Below, one piece after another: positions 14,346-31,957 of a stretch of 64,000 nucleotides of DNA. The DNA comes from Octopus vulgaris (lineage: Eukaryota). A model generated the notes under the pieces. That model saw nothing but the letters and a program-made list of their open reading frames with translations. It had not been told where the DNA came from and did not search any database. The position numbers were made by a program, and so were the translations under genes. Position 1 is the first letter of the stretch, and each line of letters opens with the position of its first letter. The stretch covers positions 9,734,001-9,798,000 of the forward strand of contig OX597823.1 in the NCBI GenBank assembly GCA_951406725.2, given 5' to 3'.

Positions 14346-14817
14346 ACTTCCATTTTACTCACCAGAGCTCTCGTCTTTACTTGCTCCGGTTAATTCCCTA
14401 AGCGCGGACAGAAACCTGTTGTGAATGACCTCACTGGGTCTCTTTCCGCGACACTTATTATTATTGACACATGCATACTCTCATATATATATACACACGC
14501 ACGCACGCACACACACAGACACACAAACACACATGCGCAAAGAAACATATACATATATGCACAAACGCGTATCTACATACACACACAAACATATATATGC
14601 CACACGAAATATCTCAGGGATATTTAATATGATTGAGCAAGATTGTGACATTTGCCTGCAATGTTAATATTGAACAATCATGTCTTCCTAGTTAAAGTTT
14701 ATTGAAAGTCAAGTTATCCTATGATACCGTGACAATTGGTGAACAACTGTTGAACTAATAAATACAATACTCTGTTATGGTTAATATGATACGTATCAGA
14801 AAGTTATCGTTCGAGGC

Positions 14818-15036
14818 TCTCTCTTTACTCTTTTACTCTTTTACTTGTTTCAGTCATTTGACTGCGGCCATGCTGGAGCACCGCCTTTAGTCGAGCAACT
14901 CGACCCCGGGACTTATTCTTTTTGTAAGCCCAGTACTTATTCTATCGATCTCTTTTTGCCGAACCGCTAAGTGACGGGGACGTAAACACACCAGCATCGG
15001 TTGTCAAGCAATGCTAGGAGGACAAACACAGACACA

Positions 15037-15090
<54 letters not shown>

Positions 15091-15256
15091 CATATATACG
15101 ACAGGCTTCTTTCAGTTTCCGTCTACCAAATCCACTCAAAAGGCATTGGTCGGCCCGGGGCTATAGCAGAGACACTTGCCCAAGATGCCACGCAGTGGGA
15201 CTGAACCCGGAACCATGTGGTTGGTTAGCAAGCTACTTACCACACACCCACTCCTG
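14818..15256 (-). mobile_element. SINE family A
   Basis: Near full-length reverse-complement match. Confidence 0.92.
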
Positions 15257-15438
15257 TTAGCAATGAATACACTTTTTGCTTACGTTATCGTTTAGAATTC
15301 CGGACTGAAGTCATTCTGTGGAAATAAAGTGTCTTTAAGAAGTTTAAAGTCGTAAAATTTGAGAAAAGCTGTTGAGAACTTACGCCTGCTCGAACTACGA
15401 AGGGAGCCACCATGCTGTCGCTGAAACTAACATAGACA

Positions 15439-15758
15439 TGTTAGTTAGTTAGTTAGTTTATTTGGCTCAAAAGCAAATAGCAAGGCCATGTAGGGGGACA
15501 TGGAGTTAAGTACAGGGTGGTGTTCATGTAAAGAGTTCAGGCCACTTGAGGTCCAGGGAGGCTTTGAACAAAGCGGTCGTCGGCATATTCACCATCTCGT
15601 CTGGCAGCTTGTTCCACGGATCCGCAACCCGGACGGAGAAAGCTCCTCTCCTTCGATTGAGATGAAATCGTCGCAGGTAGAGCTTTTCGGAATGACCCCG
15701 CAGCCGACGCTCTGGAGCAGGAGTGAAGAACAGCTCTTTCGAGAGGTTACACTTTCCG
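15439..15758 (-). mobile_element. CR1/L2-group LINE 3' fragment with (TAAC)n tail
   Basis: RRLRGHSEKLYLRRFHLNRRRGAFSVRVADPWNKLPDEMV; gttagttagttag tail on plus. Confidence 0.85.
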
Positions 15759-15767
15759 CAAGACTGC

Positions 15768-16155
15768 GTACCTTTTCGGTTTGAACGGCAGTTATTTCTA
15801 GCGGCGTCATATAAAATTGTCACCCATAATTATGACACTAGTATCGATCTATTGCATTTCAATCTGTTTTAAGGTTAGGGTTAGTTAGGGTTAGGATTGG
15901 GGGTGGGGGAAAGGGTATCTTTTTTCTTCACAAATGTAAATGAACCCAATCTGTTTCTTAAACGTGGGACATATTCATACGGCACAGAATGTTTTTTTTT
16001 TTACCTCAATAGACGTAATTGATTGGTTGAAATTGCAGAAATTGAAGAAAAGACAACAAAAAATATATATACAGATTCTACCAGTATACGAAGTTTAAAA
16101 TTTTTTAGTTACCTAGAAATTATGTTGAAAACTGCCGTTCAAACCGAAAAGATCC
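15768..16155. mobile_element. MITE with ~26-bp TIRs and 8-bp TSD
   Basis: TIRs gtaccttttcggtttgaacggcagtt / aactgccgttcaaaccgaaaagatcc; TSD aagactgc at 15760-15767 and 16156-16163. Confidence 0.9.
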
Positions 16156-17244
16156 AAGACTGCAATTGATAAAGTAGTATTAAATACACAGTAACTGAAA
16201 GTATGGGATAGACGTAGATGTTTGTTGTTTGATCCTGTAGTTATTCAATCAGAACCGATCAGTTCTAAACAACTTTAACAACAACAACAAGAATAACATC
16301 TTCACCACCACTACCAACAGCAACAACAGCCGTTCAAGAATTTGGACCTGGAGATCTCCATTTCCAGCGACTTCGAGGGCCACCTCCCAGTGGTGTCGGG
16401 CGTCAACGAAGAACCCTCGACTGTAACAAGTCGACCAAAGTTTCTTTTTATTTCCAAGGTCTGGAGTCTGCTGCTCCTAAGCCCTAGACCCTCACCTAAT
16501 CACCCCTACCCGTGTTGTTGATTAATAACAACAACAACAACAACAACAACAGCAACAACAGAATTCCTTAATGTCGAATCAATCATGCATATAAGACATC
16601 GAGGTAAGATATCTCGGATAGCGTAGTAATTTAATTTCGAATACACTCGCGCTGATTCACTTGAAGCATTAATTTCCAACATAATTATACCCTAGTCATT
16701 AAAATTAATATATAAAATAGGGAGGTCGTAGTTACAGGTAAATCCATTGCTATATTTACCGGTCAGTAGCCAACTTGCCCCTTCATATACTTCAGATTTT
16801 CAGTCAACCCTTTTTTGGTTCACGAATACAATTTTTCTAGGATTTGGTCAATTTAAGATTAAATTTGCTAGTTTAGATATAATTAAGCTCTGATCGTGTA
16901 AATCCTGCAACAAAGGCAAATTAGTTCAGAATTTCCCACATCTTTACATATTTATGATTACATTATCAATTATGACCATTTTACTATTACGGTACTGTAT
17001 GATTTGAGTGGATTCTGCTGCTACTTCTAGCCGGTTAATTGACAAAGGCGTTGCCTCTGTAGCTCTTTGCTAGATGTGATATATAATTGCGCTACAAATT
17101 CTGACCAAAATATATTGTGTTTTATCCTTTAACCCAATGTAGTTTTGTGGTCATAGTCATCTCAATAATTTCTGTCGTTACTTCAACGTTCAGAATATGG
17201 AATAAGATTTATTTATACGTTAATATCTATTTCAGAAGTGGAAG

Positions 17245-17470
17245 TCTGTGAGCCAGCAGAACCGTTTGCACGCTGGGAATAATTCTTTACGGGAGATTTT
17301 TCGTCCGTTTTTACTTACTGGCTTCAAATTCGGACAAGGTCAACTTTGTCTTTCATCCATTCTGTGTCGATAAATTCAGTACAAATTTAACACTAGGGTC
17401 AATAAAATCGACCTATCTCCAGCAGCGTTGTTGCTGGCTTCGTGCCAAACTTTGAACCAATATTTATTTT
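17245..17470 (+). mobile_element. Old SINE family B-related copy
   Basis: Degenerate ttcaaattcggacaaggtcaactttgtctttcatcc...gtcgataaatt. Confidence 0.6.
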
Positions 17471-18381
17471 AGAAGTAAGGCTAATTTTCTTGCTTTCGAA
17501 TCGTATCCACATACTGCAGTTACAATAACCGCAACCTACAAAAGACACGTTTGTTTTTTGCTTTTAAACGGCATCTAATTTTTCTGGAACAAAAATAGCT
17601 TCTGCTCTCCACCATCGCACACCTCTTTCACTTCTATTTTGATCACGCAACATCCGTTATTAAGCTTTCCTCTACAAAATTCTTCAATTTATTCGAGTAC
17701 ATTCCCTGATATTTCCGTTGGATTGATTATTTCTCTTTTCGTTTTAATAGCTACCATTATTTTGTTGCTGTGTTTCCTTTTAATGTTAAAAAATAAACAA
17801 ATAAATAACTGTACAAAAAAAATTAAAAATACAAAATTGTTAACAACCAATATTGTGGTAACATCAATAAAACAGAAATATTTGCTTTCAGCTACGTGGT
17901 GAGACACATTTTGAATGTTAGCCATTATTTCAAATGAACCTTATCCAGATGCCCATATAATTCTGATAGGTTTGGTGGTAATTTTAATGGCGTTAGTCAG
18001 TCAATCAATTTTAATTAAAATGAAATTCTTGTTTCGAGAAAGAACCATCCGCACACGGCCAGTCTTCATTAAAACAATACAAAACGAGAGGGAGATAAGC
18101 ACGAAATTTTACTTCATTATAATGAACTGAAATGTGAATGTACGATTCAGTATTGCTAGTGAGAAAGAGAGAGTGTATATATATGTATATATATATATAT
18201 ATATACGTTTAAATATTTGTTGTGCAAGATTTTTTATGTGAAGTCGTGTGTTGAAACAGATATTGTTATATTTCGGAATGGTCATATTGCCAGTTTAGCC
18301 AATAAAAACACACGCACTATATATTTGGTGTTATTTTGCTTCAGTGATATTTATTTTTTACATTAATCTTAATCTTATTTC

Positions 18382-18426
18382 GGCCAAAGTTCTTTCGTCA
18401 CACTCCTGTGACCGCATCAGTGGTCC
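18382..18426 (-). ncRNA. Minimal type I hammerhead-like motif (left arm)
   Basis: GGACCA-CUGAUGC-G-GUCAC-AGGAGU-GUGAC-GAAA-GAAC-UU-UGGCC. Confidence 0.6.
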
Positions 18427-18944
18427 TTTGTTTTCTTCTCACTTACTTGTGTCTCTCCTTACTAACCGTCAGCCATTTTGTATTTCTATTGTATGTCTTC
18501 ATTTGCGCATGCTTATATCTCTATGTGCGTCTATGTTTATTTAGTGTGTGTGTGGGGGGATGTCTGTAATATTTGTATCTTCTGGTTATATACATTCTTG
18601 TAATTTGTATTTTGTTTTTGTTGTTGTTGCTTTTGTTCTAATTTTGTTCATGTGTTTACATCCACCCATTATTATCATTACATATGCTTGTATGTATGTA
18701 TAACAACAATATTAGTAATAATAATAATAAATCTAATCGAGAAAAAAAAAAAAAAAAGAATATACATATACATATATATATATATATACATACACATACA
18801 TATACATATATATATATACATATATACACACACATATATACACATATACATATACATATATATACACATATACATACACATAGATATTCATTTCTATTTC
18901 TTTAATCACCTGTGTATTTATTATGTTTGCAGGATCCACTATTG

Positions 18945-19425
18945 TCATATGTTGTGGTGTGCGCTATTGCTCCATTCTAGTTTTCTATTCAGGCTAGGTT
19001 TATTTTCTATTATATGTGTAGCTTCTGTAATTTGTCTAATTGTTGCATCTGTTCTATGTGTGGACAATATCTTAATCTCTATGTTATTGATTGATCCCCC
19101 GTGTTCTTGTTCGGCGTGTTGGTACAGAATCGATGAGCTTTTACCTTCCTTGAGTTGTCTCCAATGTTCATTCACCCGCTCACCAATGCTTCTTGCAGTT
19201 TCCCCTACGTATGTTACTGTCTTGTTACTGCATCGTCCCTCTATACATCTTATACTATAGACCACATTTCTGGCTTTACAGTTCGTTTGTGGGCTAAATC
19301 TACATACAGTGCAATAGTTATCCGTACAGAGAGTTCTACTAAAAGGATAGGTTCTACCAATTATAGATTTGATAGGGTTGCCTGGCTTTTCAACAACCTT
19401 AATTCTTAGTTTAAGTTTATCTAGG
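18945..19425 (-). pseudogene. Inverted, shorter copy of the same GIY-YIG ORF
   Basis: Matches ORF 19430-20110 from LDKLKLRIK onward, with one R/K difference. Confidence 0.85.
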
Positions 19426-19429
19426 AGCC

Positions 19430-20110
19430 ATGAAGAAATTTGATAATATATTATGTAATGATAGGAATGGGATTTGCCCACTCTATAGGAACAAGTCATG
19501 GAACACTATAGAAAGGACAAAAAAGAAAATAAGGAAGGCCAACTCTTGGTATGATAGCCATACATACCAGAGTGTCATGTTCGTTGACACCACCCCTGGA
19601 GGTGAACTAGCGTACCGCTTTAGAAGGACCCTAGATAAACTTAAACTAAGAATTAAGGTTGTTGAAAAGCCAGGCAACCCTATCAGATCTATAATTGGTA
19701 GAACCTATCCTTTTAGTAGAACTCTCTGTACGGATAACTATTGCACTGTATGTAGATTTAGCCCACAAACGAACTGTAAAGCCAGAAATGTGGTCTATAG
19801 TATAAGATGTATAGAGGGACGATGCAGTAACAAGACAGTAACATACGTAGGGGAAACTGCAAGAAGCATTGGTGAGCGGGTGAATGAACATTGGAGACAA
19901 CTCAAGGAAGGTAAAAGCTCATCGATTCTGTACCAACACGCCGAACAAGAACACGGGGGATCAATCAATAACATAGAGATTAAGATATTGTCCACACATA
20001 GAACAGATGCAACAATTAGACAAATTACAGAAGCTACACATATAATAGAAAATAAACCTAGCCTGAATAGAAAACTAGAATGGAGCAATAGCGCACACCA
20101 CAACATATGA
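19430..20110 (+). CDS. PLE C-terminal fragment: Cys-rich linker plus GIY-YIG endonuclease (RT lost by 5' truncation)
   Basis: CTDNYCTVC...C linker; NVVYSIRC...[17 protein letters not shown]; RQITEATHI; PSLN. Uninterrupted 226 codons. Confidence 0.85.
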   Translation: MKKFDNILCNDRNGICPLYRNKSWNTIERTKKKIRKANSWYDSHTYQSVMFVDTTPGGELAYRFRRTLDKLKLRIKVVEKPGNPIRSIIGRTYPFSRTLCTDNYCTVCRFSPQTNCKARNVVYSIRCIEGRCSNKTVTYVGETARSIGERVNEHWRQLKEGKSSSILYQHAEQEHGGSINNIEIKILSTHRTDATIRQITEATHIIENKPSLNRKLEWSNSAHHNI

Positions 20111-20646
20111 CAATAGTGGATCCTGCAAACATAATAAATACACAGGTAATTAAAGAAATAGAAATGAATATCTATGTGTATGTATATGTGTATATATATG
20201 TATATGTATATATATGTATATGTATATGTGTATATATGTGTGTATATATGTATATATATATATGTATATGTATGTGTATGTATATATATATATATATATG
20301 TATATGTATATTCTTTTTTTTTTTTTTTTTTTTCTCGATTAGATTTATTATTATTATTACTAATATTGTTGTTATACATACATACAAGCATATGTAATGA
20401 TAATAATGGGTGGATGTAAACACATGAACAAAATTAGAACAAAAGCAACAACAACAAAAACAAAATACAAATTACAAGAATGTATATAACCAGAAGATAC
20501 AAATATTACAGACATCCCCCCCCACACACTAAATAAACATAGACGCACATAGAGATATAAGCATGCGCAAATGAAGACATACAATAGAAATACAAAATGG
20601 CTGACGGTTAGTAAGGAGAGACACAAGTAAGTGAGAAGAAAACAAA

Positions 20647-20691
20647 GGACCACTGATGTGGTCACAGGAGTGTGACGAAAGAACTTTGGCC
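20647..20691 (+). ncRNA. Minimal type I hammerhead-like motif (right arm)
   Basis: GGACCA-CUGAUGU-G-GUCAC-AGGAGU-GUGAC-GAAA-GAAC-UU-UGGCC. Confidence 0.6.
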
Positions 20692-20805
20692 GAAATAAGA
20701 TTAAGATTAATGTAAAAAATAAATATCACTGAAGCAAAATAACACCAAATATATAGTGCGTGTGTTTTTATTGGCTAAACTGGCAATATGACCATTCCGA
20801 AATAT

Positions 20806-20866
<61 letters not shown>

Positions 20867-20914
20867 CCTATATCTATTTATATGCATGCATACGTATATG
20901 TAAGTATATATGTG

Positions 20915-20988
<74 letters not shown>

Positions 20989-20989
20989 G

Positions 20990-21612
20990 AAGGAAATTGT
21001 TGTATACAGTGCTCAGGTGCACTACAACTAAAAAAAAGGCCATCAGGTGTACTGTTGGCGGATTTCAGGAAGCAAGGAGGTTTTTGAAGGATGCAATGCC
21101 TCGGCACCTAACAACTTACGCGGGTAGTTTATTCCACGCAGCAGCAATTCTGAACGTAAAAAAATGTTTCCGAAAGTCATGGGTGATGTGCTATTTTTTG
21201 ATTTTATAAGCATGTCCGCGAGTGTTTGTCATATGGAATTCAAAAAGTTGCTTACGGTTGTTGTTTGAAAGATGGTGGATAATCTTGTGGGTGTCTACCA
21301 AGTGAGTTTCCAGATGTCTGAGCTCTAATGTCTCCATGCCCAGGGAAGCGAGAGGTTGAGGGTATGGTAGATGTCTGACGGTGGGTATTCATTTTGTTGC
21401 ACATTTCTTAACAGTTTCCAGGATATTTATATGCTGAGCAAGATAGGGGCTCCAGACTGCTGATGCAAATTTTAAGTGTGGACGCACTATTGGCGTATAC
21501 AATTTTTAATAGATTGCTGGAGAACAGCTGACAAAGGTCTTACGGAGTGATGTTAGCACAACTTAAGCTTTCTTGACAATTTAGAGATGTGGTTTATCCA
21601 ATGAAGATCGTC
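20990..21612 (-). mobile_element. Decayed CR1/L2-group LINE 3' fragment (related to 5722-6010)
   Basis: TNTRGHAYKIKK...DFRKHFFTFRIAAAWNKLP; shared 3' UTR tacagtgctcaggtgcactacaact. Confidence 0.8.
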
Positions 21613-21759
21613 ATATATACCTTACGGATTTCCGTTTAAAAATATTGAGAGACCGCGTTTGAGGCAGGTAACGTACTAAATACATATGTAGAGCCGATAT
21701 ACCTAATTCTTAAGAGGGAAACTGTTAGAAAGATCTACAATATCTTGTACAAAAATGGC

Positions 21760-22371
21760 AACTAAAACCTTTACTGGTAATAGCCGGCTGTAGTTGTAAC
21801 TGGGCTTCATGTACCTTTGCATGTCGTTTAAGTCCTCCTGAATCAAAGGAAGACCCTTCCCTTCTGGAAGTGTAACAGCGATGCCCTTCCTGACATCCCT
21901 CCTTACTTTCTCATGTGCAACTCGAGATTTCTCAAATGTGGTTGTCCCCTCATGCACAATCCTTCTCCACCTGCTACGATCAATAGCTATGCCTTCCTAT
22001 GTGTCAGGAGAGATGCAAGCATTTCTTAAGGAAGCCTTGAGCAAGTCCTTATACCTCTTTTTTGGTTTATGTGGAGGTCGTTCTCCTTTAGCTAATTCTC
22101 CATAAAAGAGTTGTTTTGGCATCCTTGAATCCTTCATTCTGACCAGATGACCACTCCATCTGAGCCTTTGCTTTAACACAAGAGCTTCTATACTTTCACA
22201 CTGAGAGCCATCGAGTATTTCAAGATCACTGATGCGGTCCTTCCACTTAATGACATAGATCCGTCTGAGGCACATCTGATGGAAACGTTCCAGTTGTTTA
22301 AGATGATATCCATATGTGACCCACGTCTCGCAGGCATAGAGAAGAGAAATGAGCACACATGCCTTGTACAC
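21760..22371 (-). mobile_element. RTE (BovB-like) LINE 3' fragment
   Basis: LLYACETW...LERFHQMCLRRI...LRWSGHLVRMKDSRMPKQLFYGEL. Confidence 0.88.
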
Positions 22372-22743
22372 CTACATACATACACACATACATACATACA
22401 TACATACATACATACATACATACATACATACATACATACATGCATACAAACAGACACATATATGCAAAAATAGAGAGAATAACTATGGATGACTGCTTCG
22501 AAGCCGCCAGTTTCTCTATCCAGATTATGGACATGGTTCAGTGAGTAAATGCCTAAATGACAATCTTGAAAGCGCATACTAACACGTTACAAATACAGAA
22601 TTTATGTAAAACAGTAAAATTATGCAAGACGTTTCTTAAGTTTAAAATGTGATGGCGCTTCGTATCTTTATTAAGATCCAGCTTCTTTCTCGATGGACGA
22701 ATTCAAATACGTGAAAACATAAAGGAACATACATATATGCAAG

Positions 22744-26845
<4,102 letters not shown>

Positions 26846-26959
26846 CTGAAATTCCAATAAAGGAACCTTGGATCTAGGTTGGAATCTGACTTTCTCCATA
26901 TTTATTAGCAAGAAATCCTGAAATAAAACTGAACAATGACATAAATCTATAAATCTATA

Positions 26960-27121
26960 GGCGCAGGAGTGGCTGTGTGGTAAGTAGCTTGCTAACCAAC
27001 CACATGGTTTCGGGTTCAGTCCACTGCGTGGCATCTTGGTCAAGTGTCTTCTGCTATAGCCCCGGCCCGACCAATGCCTTATGAGTGGATTTGGTAGACG
27101 GAAACTGAAAGAAGCCTATCG

Positions 27122-27160
<39 letters not shown>

Positions 27161-27370
27161 ATATGTTTGTGTGTCTGTGTTTGTCCCCCCTAGCATTGCT
27201 TGACAACCGATGCTGGTGTGTTTATCTCCCCGTCACTTAGCGGTTCGGCAAAAGGCGACCGATAGAATAAGTACTGGGGCCTACAAAAGAATAAGTCCCG
27301 GGGTCGAGTTGCTCGACTAAAGGCGGTGCTCCAGCATGGCCGCAGTCAAATGACTGAAACAAGTAAAAGA
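26960..27370 (+). mobile_element. SINE family A
   Basis: Full-length match starting ggcgcaggagtggctgtgtggtaag. Confidence 0.92.
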
Positions 27371-27734
27371 AAATAAAAAAAATATATATACATACATATG
27401 TAAAACATAAATACTCACTTACACAACGACATAGACACACATAAAGAAACATACAGACACACGCACACATATTTGCAAAATCACAAGAAATATTAGGACT
27501 TATGGAAATGTTTCACCAATTACGGCAGAAACAACTTAATAGTAAAGCAATTACGTTTAGTAAACTGAAGCAATTACGTGAATAAATAGAAGGGCAGCAG
27601 GTTTCGGTATATTAGATAAGTTTTACCTTCAAATGATATACGGCTAAGTATGCCTATGTGTTTAAATGTATGAATGTGTGGATATATGTATTCGTGTAGG
27701 TATGTATATCTCCTTCTTTATCTCTTTATAAATA

Positions 27735-28301
<567 letters not shown>

Positions 28302-28617
28302 AGATAGCTTTAGTTGCAAATATATTGCACCTGCTCACACCTCTTGCTACACCGTTCGTAACATGTTTCCAGTTTCCAAACACATCTTGGTATGATTTTT
28401 CAAAACATTCTGCATATTTCTCATCGCAAATTCTCATTTATTTCGTCAGTCGTTAAGAATTGACCTTCTTCCAGTTTTTTTCTTTTTTTTTCAGTCTTCG
28501 AGAAAAGAATTGGTCCCCCAGAGCGGAATCTAGTGATTTGGATGGCTCCCCTGCCACTACGTTCCGATAAGAGATGACACCTGAGTCTATGTATTATTGA
28601 AGCGTATTATTATATAA

Positions 28618-28838
28618 GGCGGCGAGCTGGCAGAATCGTTAGCACGCCGGGCGAAATGCTTTGTGGTATTTCGTCGTGCCGCTGCGTTCTGAGTTCAAAT
28701 TCCGCCGAGGTCGACTTTGCCTTTCATCCTTTCGGGGTCGATAAATTAAGTACCAGTTACACACTGGGGTCGTTGTAATTGACTTAATTCGTTTGTTTGT
28801 CTCCTCTATGTTTAGCCCCTTGTGGGTAATAAGAAAAC
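28618..28838 (+). mobile_element. SINE family B
   Basis: Full match; tatgtattattgaa duplicated on both sides. Confidence 0.9.
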
Positions 28839-29121
28839 ATATGTATTATTGAATCGCGGCATCTAACTTCCGTTAGTCATTGCCTCCGCAATGGCTTTCT
28901 CAAATTGCTGAAATCGCCCAAGACATTTTATCGATCGTTTAAGCTCGCTGAAAAAAATCACGACGATTAACACTTTAGCACTCAAAAAGAGAATTACCAT
29001 CACCGTTTCATTTTTCATTTCATCGTCATTGGCGTACATTATTTTTCATCATAGTAAGCATGTGCCACTCTTCTGCAGTGATATATTTCGACGTTGTAGT
29101 CCTGAATGTGCTTATCTGCTA

Positions 29122-29517
29122 CTAGCAGTATCACCCGGCGTTGCTCGGGTTTGTTTCGACCTTTTAGAATTTGAATTTTTGAAAAGTAAGCATTGTGCAT
29201 TATGTAGCTTGTTATTCTCTTTAAGTGAACATTTTTTTCTGGTTGAAGTACACCAAAAAATGGCGACACAGCAGTCAAAAAATCGTAAGAAAAATAGGGA
29301 TTTTCATAGAAAAAAAGCACCTTTTTGATGTAAATAATTTTTGGTGTTAACATGGACCGATTTGAATGTTTTCTCCTACGGAAGGAAGAGCAAGCCTTCT
29401 TCTATCATACTCTTAATTTTGGTCAACTTGCGCCGCAGTGTCTCGGAGGAGATAGCGTTAGTTGAAGGCTAACAAATCTACGATACACAGACGACTTCAG
29501 TTTTACATATAGAGAGA
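29122..29517 (-). mobile_element. Non-autonomous Helitron
   Basis: On minus: A|TC 5' end, cccgagcaacgccggg hairpin, CTAG|T 3' end, no TSD; 3' end shared with the copies ending 33210 and 49725. Confidence 0.8.
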
Positions 29518-29569
29518 TTATACCCACACGCCAGTCACACACACACGTACATCCGCACGCACGCGCGCG

Positions 29570-29638
<69 letters not shown>

Positions 29639-29734
29639 TCAGAAATAGCATTATTCCGAAATGATGACTTCCAAGTTTCAAACGCTAATAAGATTTATGA
29701 TTTTGTGCAGAGTTCCAGTAATTCCTTCAGTAAA

Positions 29735-29965
29735 GGCGGTGAGCTGGCAGAAATATTAGCACGCCGGGCGAAATGCTTAGCGGTTTTTCATCTGCCGCTA
29801 TGTTCTGAGTTCAAATTCCGCCGAGGTCGACTTTGCCTTTCATCCTTTCGGGATCGATAAATTAAGTACCAGCAATGCACTGGGGTCGATATAATTGACT
29901 TAATCCCTTTGTCTGTCCTTGTTTGTCCCCTCTATGTTTAGCCCCTTGTGGGCAACAAAGAAATA
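29735..29965 (+). mobile_element. SINE family B
   Basis: TSD agtaattccttca at 29717-29729 and 29966-29978. Confidence 0.92.
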
Positions 29966-30302
29966 AGTAATTCCTTCAATAGTTCATTTGCAACATTAGA
30001 AAAGAGTTAACGTAACCGTTTCCCGTAAATTAATAGTGAATTTAACATAACCACATATATCATGCAGAGTGGAATATGAGAGAAATCATGAAGTGAATTA
30101 TATAGATAGTCCTTCTCCCAAGTGTGAAACGATAACGATCAGACATAGGCTGATGTGGGCATCATTATTGTAAATTTTAATATTTACCCATAGAAAGCCT
30201 TGCCATTGAGAGAATGAAGCACATGCTAGTTCGTGCCCTGATTTTGAGTTTGTTTTCTTTTAACTTAGACTCCGTATGTGGTTGTAAGCCCGTGTTTACT
30301 TG

Positions 30303-31636
<1,334 letters not shown>

Positions 31637-31637
<1 letters not shown>

Positions 31638-31850
31638 AGTCAATCCAAACATGAACAAGCAAGAAAAAAAAAAGCAACAACGCGAAGACGTGGAATAGGT
31701 GCAGTGTTATTTGACGCTCAGGAAAGGAAAGAAAAGAAAGTGGATTTCACGTTTCGAGTGGAATCTCTTCATCAGAAATATAGAAAAAGTCCAAAGAAGG
31801 GAAGACGGAGAAAGAAAATCGCCAACGATACACACGCGGTCACATATTGA
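31637..31850 (-). mobile_element. Short hammerhead-bearing element (PLE terminal-repeat-like)
   Basis: Homologous to 33330-33540; 31744-31779 minus reads AUUU-CUGAUGA-A-GAG-AUUCCA-CUC-GAAAC-GUG-AAAU. Confidence 0.7.
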
Positions 31851-31868
31851 AAATCATACATACATACA

Positions 31869-31900
<32 letters not shown>

Positions 31901-31957
31901 AACATACATACTGCACACATTTACATAGGCATGCATATATATACGTATATATACAAA

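Larger units (their letters stand above)
18206..20813. mobile_element. Fold-back Penelope-like element: two 5'-truncated copies head-to-head within (TA)n
   Basis: 18260-19425 is a near-perfect reverse complement of 19630-20813; 204-bp spacer; (TA)n at both ends. Confidence 0.93.

Noticed and set aside
15869-15900. Telomere or fusion scar
   Set aside because: Only a few imperfect units, inside a TIR element.
17639-18130. Hydrophobic short ORFs resembling membrane peptides
   Set aside because: Expected by chance in AT-rich DNA; no motif or splice support.
18652-20729. Other paired ORFs in the inverted repeat
   Set aside because: Antisense or UTR readings duplicated by the inversion.
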